A DNA stretch of 64,000 bases, from the NCBI GenBank assembly GCA_030248215.1, contig JASANG010001519.1, forward strand, positions 186,001 to 250,000. Reading direction: 5' to 3'. This DNA comes from Enoplolaimus lenunculus. Taxonomy: Eukaryota. A program made the position numbers and the translations under genes. Positions 51,701 through 64,000 of this stretch are shown here, piece after piece. Position 1 is the first letter of the stretch. Each line of letters starts with the position of its first letter. Below the pieces are notes generated by a model. The model was given only the letters and a program-made list of their open reading frames with translations. It made no database searches and had not been told where the DNA came from.

Positions 51701-54700
51701 CTTCTTCAGTTTTTTGTATAGAGCATATGGCAACAATTGTATATCTTTCATATTCAAGCAAATGGGACTGTTGCACACAATGATGACTAATAGTGTACGT
51801 ATGGTGATTGTAATACAACACAAAGCATATAAATTTAAGATAACACAATGAATAAGTATGTTAACAAATTAATATATATTTAGATATTTATTTCTTTAGG
51901 CCAGATCTCTTACGCTATTGTCAACTACAGCTGGTTCTATGCCTTCAATATCCACTCTCCTTAGCAATAAATCGTCACCTGCAGTTGTAAGTGGTTCCTG
52001 TACTTTGTCCAATACTGCAGCAAATTCTAACGCGATTCAGAATAAAATCGAATCATTTCAAGTCCCTAACAGTTTAGATATCCGTGCCACAACACTGGAT
52101 GTTAGTTCACTTACGGCATGTAATATAAGCGCCGATAGGGCTAGCGAATCAAACAATAATATCAGTAATAACATCAGCACGTCAGACAACGAAGACGATG
52201 AACGGAGTAATCAATCAGGAATGCAATCACCAGCAATGAAACGGCGGCGTGTTTCGTCAAAACACTCGCTGGCGGCGCTTAAAATGCCCACACCTGAGCA
52301 AGTGGAAAAAGATTTGCTTGAGGTTAGTCTCTGCAGAGGACAAATTATGTTCATTTCTTATGTAGGTTCTGTATATGTTGGTTACAATTCCGCAATAACC
52401 AACATTTGGATTGTGTTATTTATTTTTTATGATTTACCAACTCTGGCTTCTCCACAGCGGGGGGGTGGGGGGCAGCACTTTTCGAAATTTTCATTTTCCC
52501 CGGCGAAAATTTTGCCGCCCCAAGGAAAGGCCCCCCGGCGAATTTTCGGCCGCCCCCCAGCAAATTTTTTTGCTGGGGCCCCCAGGACTTTTCTAGGTCA
52601 AAAATTTTCAATGTTAAAACGTAAAGACCTGGACTTCTTTTGAAGCGGACATTCGGCAAAATATGATTTTATATTACGCTGAGTACTCATAATTTTTAAT
52701 AGCGTTACAAATACCCGTAGTAACTAATATAATTCAATAATGAACTGAAAGAGCACAATTATATAAAGACCGTTTCAGGGCATACAGCATTGGAAAGTAC
52801 CTTGCAGCAGCAAGTTCAACCCGCCTGAGCCTTATGATAAATTGAAGCTGTGACTAATATACAAAATATATATTAATCACAGTTTCAATAACAGATTATC
52901 TATATTTTATATAATTGTGCTTCTTTCAACTTCTGGTTAAGTTGTCAGTATATACGTAATATTAGTTAAAATTATTGTTATTAGCGTTTGCAACAAATTT
53001 TTGTCATGTTGAGCGATGAGTAATCTTACGTGAGTTGGAAACACGGTCTAGAATGGAAAAAATGGTCCAAACAGTCGGTTTGCAAAATTTTAAGCCTGCC
53101 CCCCTGGACCCCCCAGATCATCTGGGGCCCCCCAGGAAAACTGCCCCCCAGCAAAATCAGCTGCCCCCCCAGGAAACGCCCCCCGGCGGAAAATTTTAAG
53201 CTGTGGAGAAGCCAGTTATATGGCGATGATTTTTGGTTCTGTAAAGCTAAACTACAATCAGTTAATGATTAGTTAACTCATCGATAGCAATTTAATAGAT
53301 AAATAATGCAGAAGTTTTATGCAACGTATCACAATATAAGTAGGATTAACATTAAAATTTGAAAATTCCAGTTCCGATTGATTTTTCAGTCCGAATCGGA
53401 TTTACTATTGCACCCTGCTTCGCAGTTAGATGTTTGGAAAATCATTCATTATCTAGCAGATTCTAACCAAATACGTACTTTAAGGCTGTTTGCCAGTAAT
53501 TATATATAAGTGATGGCAGAGTAATCGAGCTCTATAATCAGCACACTATCTTCAAATAACTTTGTTGCAGGAACCTGGTCAGGAAACCGCCGATTTAATT
53601 CGGTTAGTAGAATCCGTCAAAGGCGAGCCTGGCGGTTCAACGCCAACAACAGCGGACGTCCTAAAGTCACTAGAGGGCACTGCCGTTGCAAGTGCTATAG
53701 CGGAAGCCATCACACCGCTTAAACATGAAGTTTCAAAAGTGGCCCTCGTTAATGACCCGGATGAAAACAGTCTGTTAAAGGTCCAGAATGACTCTGGGTG
53801 AGAGTCTTCGCGAAGTTTATTCATATCAATATTTGTGGCCAAGCGGAATGTATGCATTGTTTTGCTACCGACCAACTTGCAATTTCGTAAACCATATACG
53901 TTCTGAGCTCAGGTTGTCGAATTGCGGATGTCCATCTGTAGATTTGTATGTTTGGTATTTTTCTAAGCTGCCATAGATAAGCTTGAAAAGTTTCCCACCT
54001 TATTGGATCAAATAAGGTACAAAAGTCTTAGTTGGTACGATTTTCGCTCACTAAAATCCGTTGATTATATGAAATAAGTTTATTTTATGATTATCAGAGG
54101 TATTTTTGTTTTATATATCAAAGTGCTGGATTACATTAGCGAAAAATGACATGTTAGAAGTTAAAGCATCTTTTGTGTTTCACATTCATTTAATTTGTTT
54201 TTAGAGGCGAACGACCACAAGGCGGAAACGTTTTGCGTTCAACAGCAGACTATGGGGTGGATGTGGTAGCGGACGTATCTGATTCGATAACTCTTGGTTC
54301 CTGTACTGGTCACGACACCGTGAGCAAACTAATGCAAGAACGTATGGCTTCGTCAACAACGATACTACCCAGTGTTAGTATGCCAGTTTCTGCGAAACCT
54401 GTTGATAATGTGATTAAGTATGTGTCATTTTTTATCCATTAATTGTTTGCCAAATTACAAGGTTCAGTTTTATGGTTAACTGCATAGCGATAAAACACGA
54501 CGTGTTATTTTATTGCTTATATTACAGGATTAATGGAATATCAAACTCACAATATTTTTGATTTCTACAGCACAAATATTTAAAACAGCCAATTTACTGG
54601 ATTGAAAATCGTGTTTATTCTTCATTAATATTAATCTATATACTTCATTGAAGTGAAACCCCAACCGGTGCTAACGCAGCCGATGATATTCAGCTTATCA

Positions 54701-57700
54701 ATACACATACCATCACTCTGCCTGTTCGTCTTGGCAACGATACCTTGCTGTCAATACCAGTGATTATTTCAACATCAAGCCAGCGTGAATTGAATGCCGC
54801 CACTGCAACAACAAACACAGGAACCAACCTTCGCAATACTCAACCGGTCATTGTGGATAGTGCAGGAACAAATATAGAAACTCAGGCAATAAAGCCATTA
54901 TCGGGTGCAAATTACCCCTCAACAGCGCTTACAGGCTTAAATACTTCCAGTCGCATTCAGGCCGGTGTTAGCGCAGGACAGACTGCAAATAATTCTCTGT
55001 CTACTTCGCTTACTCCAGCTACACCCGGACCGACGTGGGTCGATCGTGAAGAAGTAGTATTTGCGAGCGCCTCAAACGTGCCTGAAGTGACGACTATTGG
55101 ATTAAATCATAAAGCCCAAGTTAGCGGTGGTACAAATGTTGTGACTATGAAGTCTGTCATTGACTCGGGGCAATCTGTCGCAGTCGGAACTGGTATAATT
55201 GCCGTAAACAAGCAAATGGATAGTCAAGGACAATTAGCAGGTGGTGTACAGCAGGTAGCAGAGCAAGCAGCGTTGATGCATTCCGTAAATGCAACTGCAA
55301 GTGTCGGACTTGTACCACCGGTTAAACCACATCAGGGTGAAATTGTTTCGCGAATTACTTCGTCGCCTGAGATTGTTGTACTTGACAGCAGCAATAATGC
55401 TGGCGGTTGCTCGGTACCCGGTGGCGACTATACAATAACCGAATTGAAACCGATACGTTCTATTGCTGATGGAGTTGAGCAAGAACAGGGTTTGCCGTAT
55501 GATATCAGCGACTCATCTCAAAGGAATTTTACCAGAAGAAGCGCTGCTCTCAACTCAGCAAGAATGAAACACAATGCAGTACCTTTCCATATAGGCAAGA
55601 CTGTCACTGCTCGATCGCTGACAACTACTGCCAGCTTACGCAATCCGAAGTTTGGAGGATTGGATACAGGATATTCGACGAGTTCTAATCCAGCAAGCGA
55701 CGCTAGACCACTGGGGTTAGTTTCTATGTCTCTTTAAGAATACATAATTTTTGTGATTGTTTAATTCTGCCTGGATAGATATATTAAATACATTATCTTA
55801 GTTTCACGATATCCCGCAAAGCCCTTTTGATTATGCCTTGTATTTTTAATCAGATGTCGTGTTTGATTTGCAAAAATGTTTGATTTCATTGTTGAAGTGT
55901 GACTGTGTTATATCTTTTTCAGAGATGCTGGTTACCTTAGCGATGAACCGGTCAGAAAGAAAGAGGTTCAAGAACGAAACAGGTTTGTTGCGCAATGGAA
56001 CTTGTTTTATTGAAGTTTTAGCTATGATAAAAAAATTGCATCGTTAATGATAAGGCAATTCATTGAAAATATTACTTCACGAATATCTTGCGTTTACAAT
56101 GAAAATTCCGTCCTGATGACAATAAATGTTATTTTTACTATATTTTTATTGCTTTCAGAGCTGCTGCCGTCCGATATAGACAGCGAAAGAAGGAAGAGTT
56201 TCACTGCTTGCAGGAGCGTTGCAATGATTTAGAAAGCAAGAACTTAGAATTACACGTGAGCTTGAATAAAATCTCATTTTAAGATTAGTGACTGTTTTGA
56301 CGATAAAGTTTAAAAGCATCTTTGGTGCCGTTTTTATCGTCAATTTTTGGTTGTACCGCTGATCCATGTTTGCGTAGATTTTGGTTTGAAAAACTCCGAG
56401 TGAAGTTTATTTGCTTGTAAAACATTCGTGTCATACTCCGGATATACATTTTTAAATGTTCCATGTTTTTACCATATCCAACAATGATTTGATAAAATAC
56501 GTGCCGTACAAAACTATAAACATGAAAGACTTTGTTCCTTAAATAGTACGTAAAACCCATTTCTTTACGTATAAAATGTTAAGAGACGCTCATTTTATTT
56601 AGTTAAACCTAGATATCTCCGAAAATTCAATTTGAGTTTATGTAATTGGTGTGTTATGCACTAAGCTAAACACGAAGGTATTTTCAGTTTGTGAACTGTT
56701 TCACGTATTGTAGCCATGGTCAGTAAAAGTTTACATTGGTCTTGAACATATAAATATCGTACATGCATGTACATGCATTAAATTGCACTATTTTTACTGG
56801 GTTGGTTTTGTTTCAGACGCAACTACAAGTACTTAAAGACGAAGTACGCAGAGTTAACAGCGTTTTGGCGGAGCACAAAGATTGTTCAGTCGCTCGAAAG
56901 CATGGTTAGTGGATGTTATTAGGATTCTGGAATAATAAATCCAGCTAAATGCCCTTTTTAAATTCCAATAATTACAAACTAAATCTTGAGGCAGACTTTT
57001 AGTTTAAGTTCTTGTTTTGATTTTTTTTATAAACTGTTTTAACTAAGAGCCTGTTTGCGCTGCTCACATATATGGTTGCTCTTTTTATAGCACTTGGTCT
57101 AAGTACACGTGCTGCTGCGGACAGCACTGGCACCGCCATACAGTCTGCACTGCAAATTCACCCAAAACAAGAAGGCAATTCCGCGGCTTCATCTCAGTCT
57201 CGCGTTGTAACGTCGTTTGCTCAGGTAAATTACATAGACTATACTTTGTTCGCATGTTGTTAATTTGCGTTAGATATGACTAAAATTTGCGTTAAACCTA
57301 GCGTGTTGTGTGGACAGGTTTGAAAAAATTTGTCAATATTTTGTAAACACGATATGTTGGTGTCATGTGAATGTTTAAATATAGATAATCTAATCAAAAT
57401 TTAGGTATAACATTTGACAGATGCAGTTTTAAATGCATTTAAGCTCAGAGGTTTTGTTTCTCAATCAGAACACTGTTTAAGTAAGTCAAGTCTTCATCCG
57501 ATGAGCTGTTTATATGCTTAAGTTGTCTTGATAACGAACTGTTCAAGAGTGCGCTCTAACGTATCTGAACTGACAGCTGTTAGTTCCCCCACCTCGAAAT
57601 TTTGTCTGCCGACGCCGGTCACTGTAAGTAATTTGTACACTTTGTCTTAGGCAAGTTCTTCGCCAAAATCGTCGCCGCCTACACAACGTACGCAAACACA

Positions 57701-58499
57701 CGCCGTTGCGTCACGAATGGTTCGTACATCAGGGAACAAGATCGCTACCGGCGGACCAATTGCAGTTGGTACTTACGCAGCATCACCGAGTGCCGTCATC
57801 AGTAGTTCAGCGACTATTAGCCCAGCTAGTATTGTAGTTGTTGGTACTAATTCATTGAACCAAATCCAGGTTGGAAGGTCCGTGGGTCAGCCTTCAAAGG
57901 GCGGTCGGGGTAATAGTGGTATGTTGCCTGGAACTGAACCGAAATCATCGATTGATAACGAAATACAGTTGCTTGCTGGAGTTGAGACTCGTATCGGCTG
58001 CATGAAGGAAGAGCTGTTGAGTCCGTCACAGTCGCATGTCAGTAGTGTTCAGAGTGGATCTGGATCGGAACATAACAGCAGCGATTGCCAACAACCACAA
58101 CAACCCCAACAACGTTTAATACCTGCCGTATTACCGAGCGTAGTGTCGAATGATTCAGGTAACGTTGACAGTCAACTAAGTTATCAAAGCGGCTCGTCAG
58201 GTATGACCGTTCCTGCCAGGCCAAAAGGAAATACCAGTGATTTGTGCAACTTGTCCGCCGCCACAGCCACGCCTGCTTCTGTTGCTACAAACTTGGCGAT
58301 TTGCTCAGGTGGCGTCGCGTTACAACCGGTTTTGTTACCAGGCACCGCAGGTACACCGTCGTCGATTGTGTTCATGGGCGAAGACGACAAAGGTCAACGG
58401 GTTGTAGTGCCTTTGCTCAAAGTTGACGGAGCTACTAGTAGTGTGTCTGCGTCTTCGGCCACTCAGTCCGGTGTTGAAGTCCCGGTGTCATCAATGTGA
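48722..58499 (+). CDS. atf-7: ATF2/ATF-7/CREB5-family bZIP transcription factor; exons 48722-48758, 50155-50241, 51369-51490, 51900-52322, 53571-53797, 54205-54417, 54654-55715, 55923-55982, 56159-56255, 56817-56904, 57091-57224, 57651-58499; ~1132 aa
   Basis: The bZIP is assembled over three small exons: RKKEVQERNRAAAVRYRQRKKEEFHCLQERCNDLESKNLELHTQLQVLKDEVRRVNSVLAEHKDC. The N-terminal NPFDLQFKEA motif and terminal HKDC are ATF2-family hallmarks. All introns are GT-AG and phase-consistent (3399 nt). The first two exons are less certain. Confidence 0.85.
50388..51136. mobile_element. hAT-like non-autonomous element in atf-7 intron 2
   Basis: CAGGGAAGATGG..CCATCCATTCCTG; TSD CTTCTAAA/CTCCTAAA; GGTCTCGG repeats. 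Confidence 0.65.
52443..53215. mobile_element. TIR element in atf-7 intron 4
   Basis: 16-bp TIR CTGGCTTCTCCACAGC / GCTGTGGAGAAGCCAG with GCCCCCC-rich subtermini. Confidence 0.75.
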
Positions 58500-60392
58500 T
58501 TTTATGTGGCTTTTCGATTTGGTTGGAAGTAATTTGTGAATTATTATTTTATTCAGCTAGCGTTAAGCAAGACTTTACCTCGCGCTGATATGTCATGAAC
58601 CCGACTGGAACCGACGTTCTGTAGATAGTTGAAATCATTGCTGATAGTAAATTTTGTTCAGTTATGATTCGATTACTGCGCCAAGCAGAATTTTCCAGGT
58701 TTGTCTGGGGTGTTAAATTATGGCATGCCACTTTGTGTATTTTGCAATCGGACGTTATCTTAAACTTAAATCGTAGCATCTGTTTTCTACTGCCTTATAT
58801 GCGGATATTCTGCGTTCGGCCATAACTCAGCTTCTGACTTTTAGGTTTGTTGTACATACATTATATTATGTTATATTTTGTTATACACCTGTGTTATAAG
58901 CAGACGCATTCGCTCGCTTCTTCTCATTCAGCAACAAAAGACTCTTGTCTGACACTAGGTTTTAGTAACGGATAAGTATCAGACTTCAGGAGATGCTTTA
59001 AAATAGTAAGTTTATGTTAATTCGACGTTTTTGAATAACACAAATTGTAGGAAAAGATGAGACAATACGTTTGCGAAACAAAATCAGTTTGTTTTATTAT
59101 CTTTATAATTATATTGTTTTTACGTTGCAGTTTTGATTAGAAAAGTCAATCCTTCGTAAACCTTATTTCGTCAAATTTCTAAGTCTGCTTGCTAACTGCT
59201 ACCGTGACGGTTTGCCTTTTGCCCATTTTTATTCTCGACAATATATAGCATTACTGCTAGCATTTCTGTCGAAATTATAGCGCAAATTGTATAGTGTAGC
59301 GCAAAAATTATGCTGTTTGGACGGATAGGCGATAAAAAAGTTACGCTATAACCCAGCGTATTTATTGCTTGTATAGGTTTGTCGATATAGAATCTTTAAT
59401 TATCGAACTAAACTTTGCAGTCGTATGCAGTACCGCGTGCTTTCAATGAAACAAAAAGTTACATGCGGAACATAGTACGACGCGTTATATGAAACTAATT
59501 TTTCCATGCGGGACGCGCGGATATTAACAATGTGGAAAATGTATTACTTGTCTGGTTTCCGTAATGATACCGTCCAAGTTTGCTTTTGGTTTGAATATTA
59601 CGAATCGAGGTTACACTGGTTTTAACTCTCACATGACTATTTTAAATTTTGTATGAGATGAAGTTTCACGGTGAGATTCAATTTTCAGTCTCGCGGGTTG
59701 GAGGCGTGTACGATGACCACTGAGCTATAGGAGCTTGACGCTCGTGCCCAAGGGGCTCTCCCGTCTTGTGGAGATTTTGCACTGAGCATATATGTTAGAA
59801 TTGTTAAGCAATGCTCACAGTGTCTGTGTTGCTCAGATATTACTTTTATTTAGTTGCCCATAGTATACTCTATGCGTGAGAGGGTTAAATTTTCAATAGT
59901 GGATTTACTATACAACGTTCATTTAAATATTAAAAATTTTGTTTTATAAATTAGTTTTCTTGCGGCGCTGTTTTATCGCTTATAGATTTCACGTAGACTA
60001 TTGATTAAATATGAATATTTATTATGTAAATAAAAACTGTTATATCAGGTTGTTTTAGTTGTGTAAGGTGAGTTATTGACAACATTGAGCAGTTATTGCG
60101 ACTCGAACTACAAAAATTCAATATTTTAGTGTACTTTTGGACCAAAGCTGCGATCCTAGAAAATTTTTTGTGATTGCTTATCGCTTTTTCATCTCTTTGG
60201 ACTCGGTTTGGAAACCACCGAGACTGAAAAAAGCGAGACGGAGACCAACGAAATCCCGAGACTGAGACCGCCTATCCCCGGCAATCATATCAGATACCGT
60301 GCACTATTCCATAGCAGCTGAAGTTTTATTGTAAAGCAGAAATTTTGGTAGCAAATACGTCTTCACGGCCGGCTATAAGCCATGTCTGTTTA

Positions 60393-60736
60393 GGCCCATT
60401 TTACCGTAAGGGGCGTCCAGGTTTCTGGTGGGTCCATAAAATAGTAGGTTTAGATTCTAGACATTTTTTGCTTAGGCTTAGGAATACATTCTTGCAACGC
60501 TTAGGTTTAGGAATACGAGCCCATGTTTAGGGGGCGTAAAGGTTTCCGGTGGGTCTATAAAAGTGGGTTTAGATTCCAGATTACAATTTTTTGTTTTGGC
60601 GTAGGCTTAGGAACACATTTTTGCAGTGCTTAGGCTTAGGAATACGCTTAATCTATTGTTACGCCCCTTAAAGGAACATTGGCCGGAATACGCTTAATCT
60701 ACTGTTACACCCCATGAAGTTGAAGTAACATGGGCC
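60393..60736. mobile_element. Family A MITE with a second family A copy (60518-60684) nested inside
   Basis: Inner TSD GGAATACG is exact; outer TSD TCTGTTTA/CCTGTTTG. Confidence 0.85.
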
Positions 60737-61310
60737 CCTGTTTGCATACTAAGGCCGGGGGCAAGTTGGGCTAACTGTTGTTTCGCCAAAATAGATTTTT
60801 CATATCGGTCAGTTGAACTTTTTACAAGTAATATTAACTAGGAGGTGCTATCAAAGAATGCATTCGTTTACTAATCCACGCTGTAAGTTTTCAGAATTAA
60901 GACTAACGGTACATGTATACACAATTAATTCTTTTGTAGAACGATCTGTTTTGAAACGGTGCCTAAAATACGTATGTGGAGTTTTCCAGCTTTAATATAT
61001 ACGTTATGGTTTGTTCTGTCCAAGATTATTCAATATCTTTATGTGTTCGATTAGATTTAGAACGGAATACGGATCGTGTGCAGATTTTGTGTTGTTACGC
61101 ATATGCGTTATAACTGTTCAACTCTGTGCACTATGTATTATTTCACGTATAACATATTCCGCTGAGTTGTTCGTAGTCAACTCTATTTGAACAGGCTTAA
61201 AAGTTAATCGAAACTTATTTGATGTAGGAAATTAAATTATGTTTTTTAATACTACTTGCTGCGTTTGGTTCAGGCTTTTTAAAGCAGTTTTAATTTCATA
61301 ATTATATATA

Positions 61311-63171
61311 ATGACAGCGGTTCCTGGGACCTCTGGACTTATACGAGGCACATCTGTGTATAAATTGTTGTATGATGACAAAATAATGGTCGGCAAAGTT
61401 GTGAAAATGACTCACATAGGAGCTGCTCGCAAACCAATTGCAAAAGTTAGTTTAATCATTCAGTTTTGCAGCACATGATATACCGAATAAATAAATATGG
61501 ACACAGTGACGGTAACAACTGTGGCCCATGTATAGAACGGGGCCGGATCGTTTTCCGCAGGGGCTGTATAATAGAGTCAGGTTAACTGGAGACTAATTTT
61601 TTGCTTAGGCTTAGGAATAGGCTCATCGTTACGCTTATGCTTAGGCTTAGGCTTAGGAATATGCTTGTACTACTATTCTGGCCATGTTCTGCACGTGGGC
61701 CACAACTGTAAACAGGGGATGCGTTTTAAGAAAATTTCAATTGTTCACCAAGCGGTCAACAGTTCACTTAAATTGTAACGCATTATGTCGAAAATCAAAC
61801 GCTATTTTATATGGTTTTCGCGTTAGAAACACTACTTCTTAAGACTTTTTTTGTAATCGCAAAAACTATAAACTTAGTCACTTACCAGTGTAACAAAACA
61901 TGGCCGATTTATAGAACAGGGCCGCAACAGTAGGATAAGCATATTCCTAACGCTAAGCTTAAGCATAAGGATGAGCCTAAGGCTAAGCCTAAGCAAAAAA
62001 GTTTGTCTAAAGCTTAAATTGACTCTATTACAGCCCCGCAGGAAAACGATCCGGTCTTGTTCTATATATGGGCCAACAATATTTATCAAAACGTATTTTA
62101 ACACCAATATAAACGGTTTTTCAAAACGTTAGAAACATTTTGCATTTTTGAATTCTAAAAAGACATTTCTCAAGATTCAGTGCATGTGTATTGCAGCCAA
62201 AATTTGCTGTATTTCTAGATTTTTTTTTGAAAAGTTGACATTTAGCAATTGTTTTTTTATATCCAATGTAACAGTAATTTTGTCATCGATGTCCACGAAT
62301 CTAGCTAGCTACCCACTGTAGTGGCCCGAATAAGAGGGTGTGGGGTAATAAGACGGGGTCCCCATTTTGAGTCCCAATCAATAGGAGTCCGTTTCCGTAA
62401 TAAGTGTCCGTAAGCGGATGGAGTCTCTAAACCCTAATTACAATCCATAAATGTCAATAATCCCTAATTGTAGCGCATAAATGACTCCAGAACCAAATAA
62501 CTTGACTTCGAAACTTCAAAGCGTACTCTTAAATGTTGAAAGTACATTCCTAAGTATAACCTTGTATTAACGCTCAATCTTTTGACGAAACGCAAAAAAC
62601 GTTTAATTCAACGGATAGTTGCAGTACCGAATATATATCTGTAACGAAGGCTGGCGGAGCGTGGGTTAAAAATAAATAACAGTCCGTAACCGAATAACAG
62701 TAGACACTTTCTGAAGAGACCACATAAATATCAGTCCGCCTTCTTATTCGGGTCACTACAGTACATATAATTTCGTTGTTATTTCAGGTTCGCGTCGAAC
62801 GCAACGAATTTAACAACTACCTCAAAATGTACTGGCCACGAGAAGATGATTTTTGGACGCTAAACGATACAGAGTCGAATGCTGGACTTCGCCAGCTAAA
62901 ACTCGGCGACATTGTTCTCGTACGTCAGATGGAAACACCGTTCAATGTCATAGTCAAACACAAAATTGATCGTATTATATACGAGCATGGCAATATTATT
63001 AATCCAGTGACAGGGCGGCGAGTTATGTATGGTGAATTCTTTGATAGAAAACAGTACAAAGATTCATTGATTAAACAGCTTATTGAAGAAGGTTTAACCG
63101 TTAGAGGGTTGACGTCATCAGGAGTAAGTGTGCACGGACACAGTGACCGTAGTGAAAATGGTCAAACTTGA
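61311..63171 (+). CDS. mrps-17: Mitochondrial ribosomal protein S17; exons 61311-61445 and 62788-63171; 172 aa
   Basis: MVGKVV..AK|VRVERNEFNNYLKMYW..LGDIVLVR..VKHKIDRIIYEHGNIINPVTGRR matches the uS17m pattern. Phase-0 intron GTTAGT...TTTCAG. Confidence 0.9.
61523..62074. mobile_element. Two TTAGGC family B MITEs in the mrps-17 intron (61523-61701, 61902-62074), opposite orientations
   Basis: First copy has exact TSD ACAACTGT; both have GGCC termini and TTAGGC/GCCTAA arrays. Confidence 0.85.
62316..62761. mobile_element. Family E MITE in the mrps-17 intron
   Basis: TIR CTGTAGTGGCCCGAATAAGA / TCTTATTCGGGTCACTACAG. Confidence 0.87.
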
Positions 63172-64000
63172 ACGGGATTGAAAGCGGAGACCGCTGCGAT
63201 TGTGAGATTAATTGTTGGTGGCAATATTGCAAGAACTGCCGGATTGTAGGTCCAATGAATTTGTATTGATGTGGGAAATTGCGAGGTGTGGCATAATTTA
63301 GTTGATTTAAATCTGCTACCGTGCCATTGTTTTTTTAGAAAAATACGCATAACTGCGGGTTGTTTGTGCGAAACTGATTCGATACTTTAGACAAGTTTTG
63401 TTACATGATTGTAAAACAACATAAGCGAAGCTTTAGTAAAGTTTAAAGCCAATTTCGAACATGTGTCGATGAAATTGTATACTATGGAATTGGAGATAAT
63501 TATGTTATCGTCAGGGGCGTAGTCAGGATTTCGTTTCGAGCGGGGGATAATTATATACGTTTAAAAGTTTGTTTTGCGAGCGAGAAAAATTTTCTACGTA
63601 CGCCGGTTCGGTTACGTACTCCACAGCCTGTAAAAATGCTTTTTTCGAGCTTTTCCACAAATTATTTGACCTATGCGCGCAACTTGTATACGCACCCTGA
63701 TCGTTTTGGTAAATTACCGTAAACACGGTTTGTCTCATGTTGATTCGACGTCAATTCTAAAATTTAGGCTGTCATATTGGGTAAACAGCAGGGTGAAACC
63801 AGATGCAAAAAATACCGGAGCCGGAGCCGGAGGTCAACAAAACCTGTCGGAGCCGGAGGTGAGGCGAAATTAGGTTGTAAAAATGATGGTCAATTAATAA
63901 ATTTTAGCCAATATGTTGTTATGTTGTTTAAAAGGATATGATTAATGGAAAAATCTTTAGTTTTTGTCAATATGCTTTCTCGCGTATATAGAGAGGACTG

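Noticed and set aside
52323..52659. C-terminal part of the 241-aa ORF and overlapping Pro/Gly-rich ORFs
   Set aside because: Read-through into intron 4 and its TIR element after the GAG|GTTAGT donor.
58499..61311. atf-7 and mrps-17 as a nematode operon
   Set aside because: The coding regions are 2.8 kb apart with transposon insertions between them; there is no sequence-only support.

Overview
AT-rich eukaryotic DNA, almost certainly from a nematode (TTAGGC telomere-type repeats, TTTCAG-type acceptors, C-terminally extended NDUFB10); it is not prokaryotic. Five spliced genes were reconstructed by hand with phase-consistent GT-AG introns: a FMRFamide-receptor-like GPCR (-, 2 coding exons, 649 aa), a highly divergent six-exon tetraspanin that the ORF track splits into unrelated fragments (+, 446 aa), NDUFB10 (-, 278 aa), a very long ATF2/ATF-7-type bZIP factor (+, 12 exons, ~1132 aa) and mitochondrial ribosomal protein S17 (+, 172 aa). 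Intergenic and intronic DNA is dense with non-autonomous DNA transposons. About 20 are GG..CC-terminated elements with 8-bp target-site duplications (TSDs) that carry TTAGGC repeats. The rest are CACTG-ended palindromes with 2-bp TSDs, TA-flanked ~440-bp elements, and hAT-like, Harbinger-like and piggyBac-like elements. There is also a 10 x 100-bp satellite with a perfect CRE (TGACGTCA) in every unit. No intact transposase was found. All family assignments come from motif recognition without database searches.
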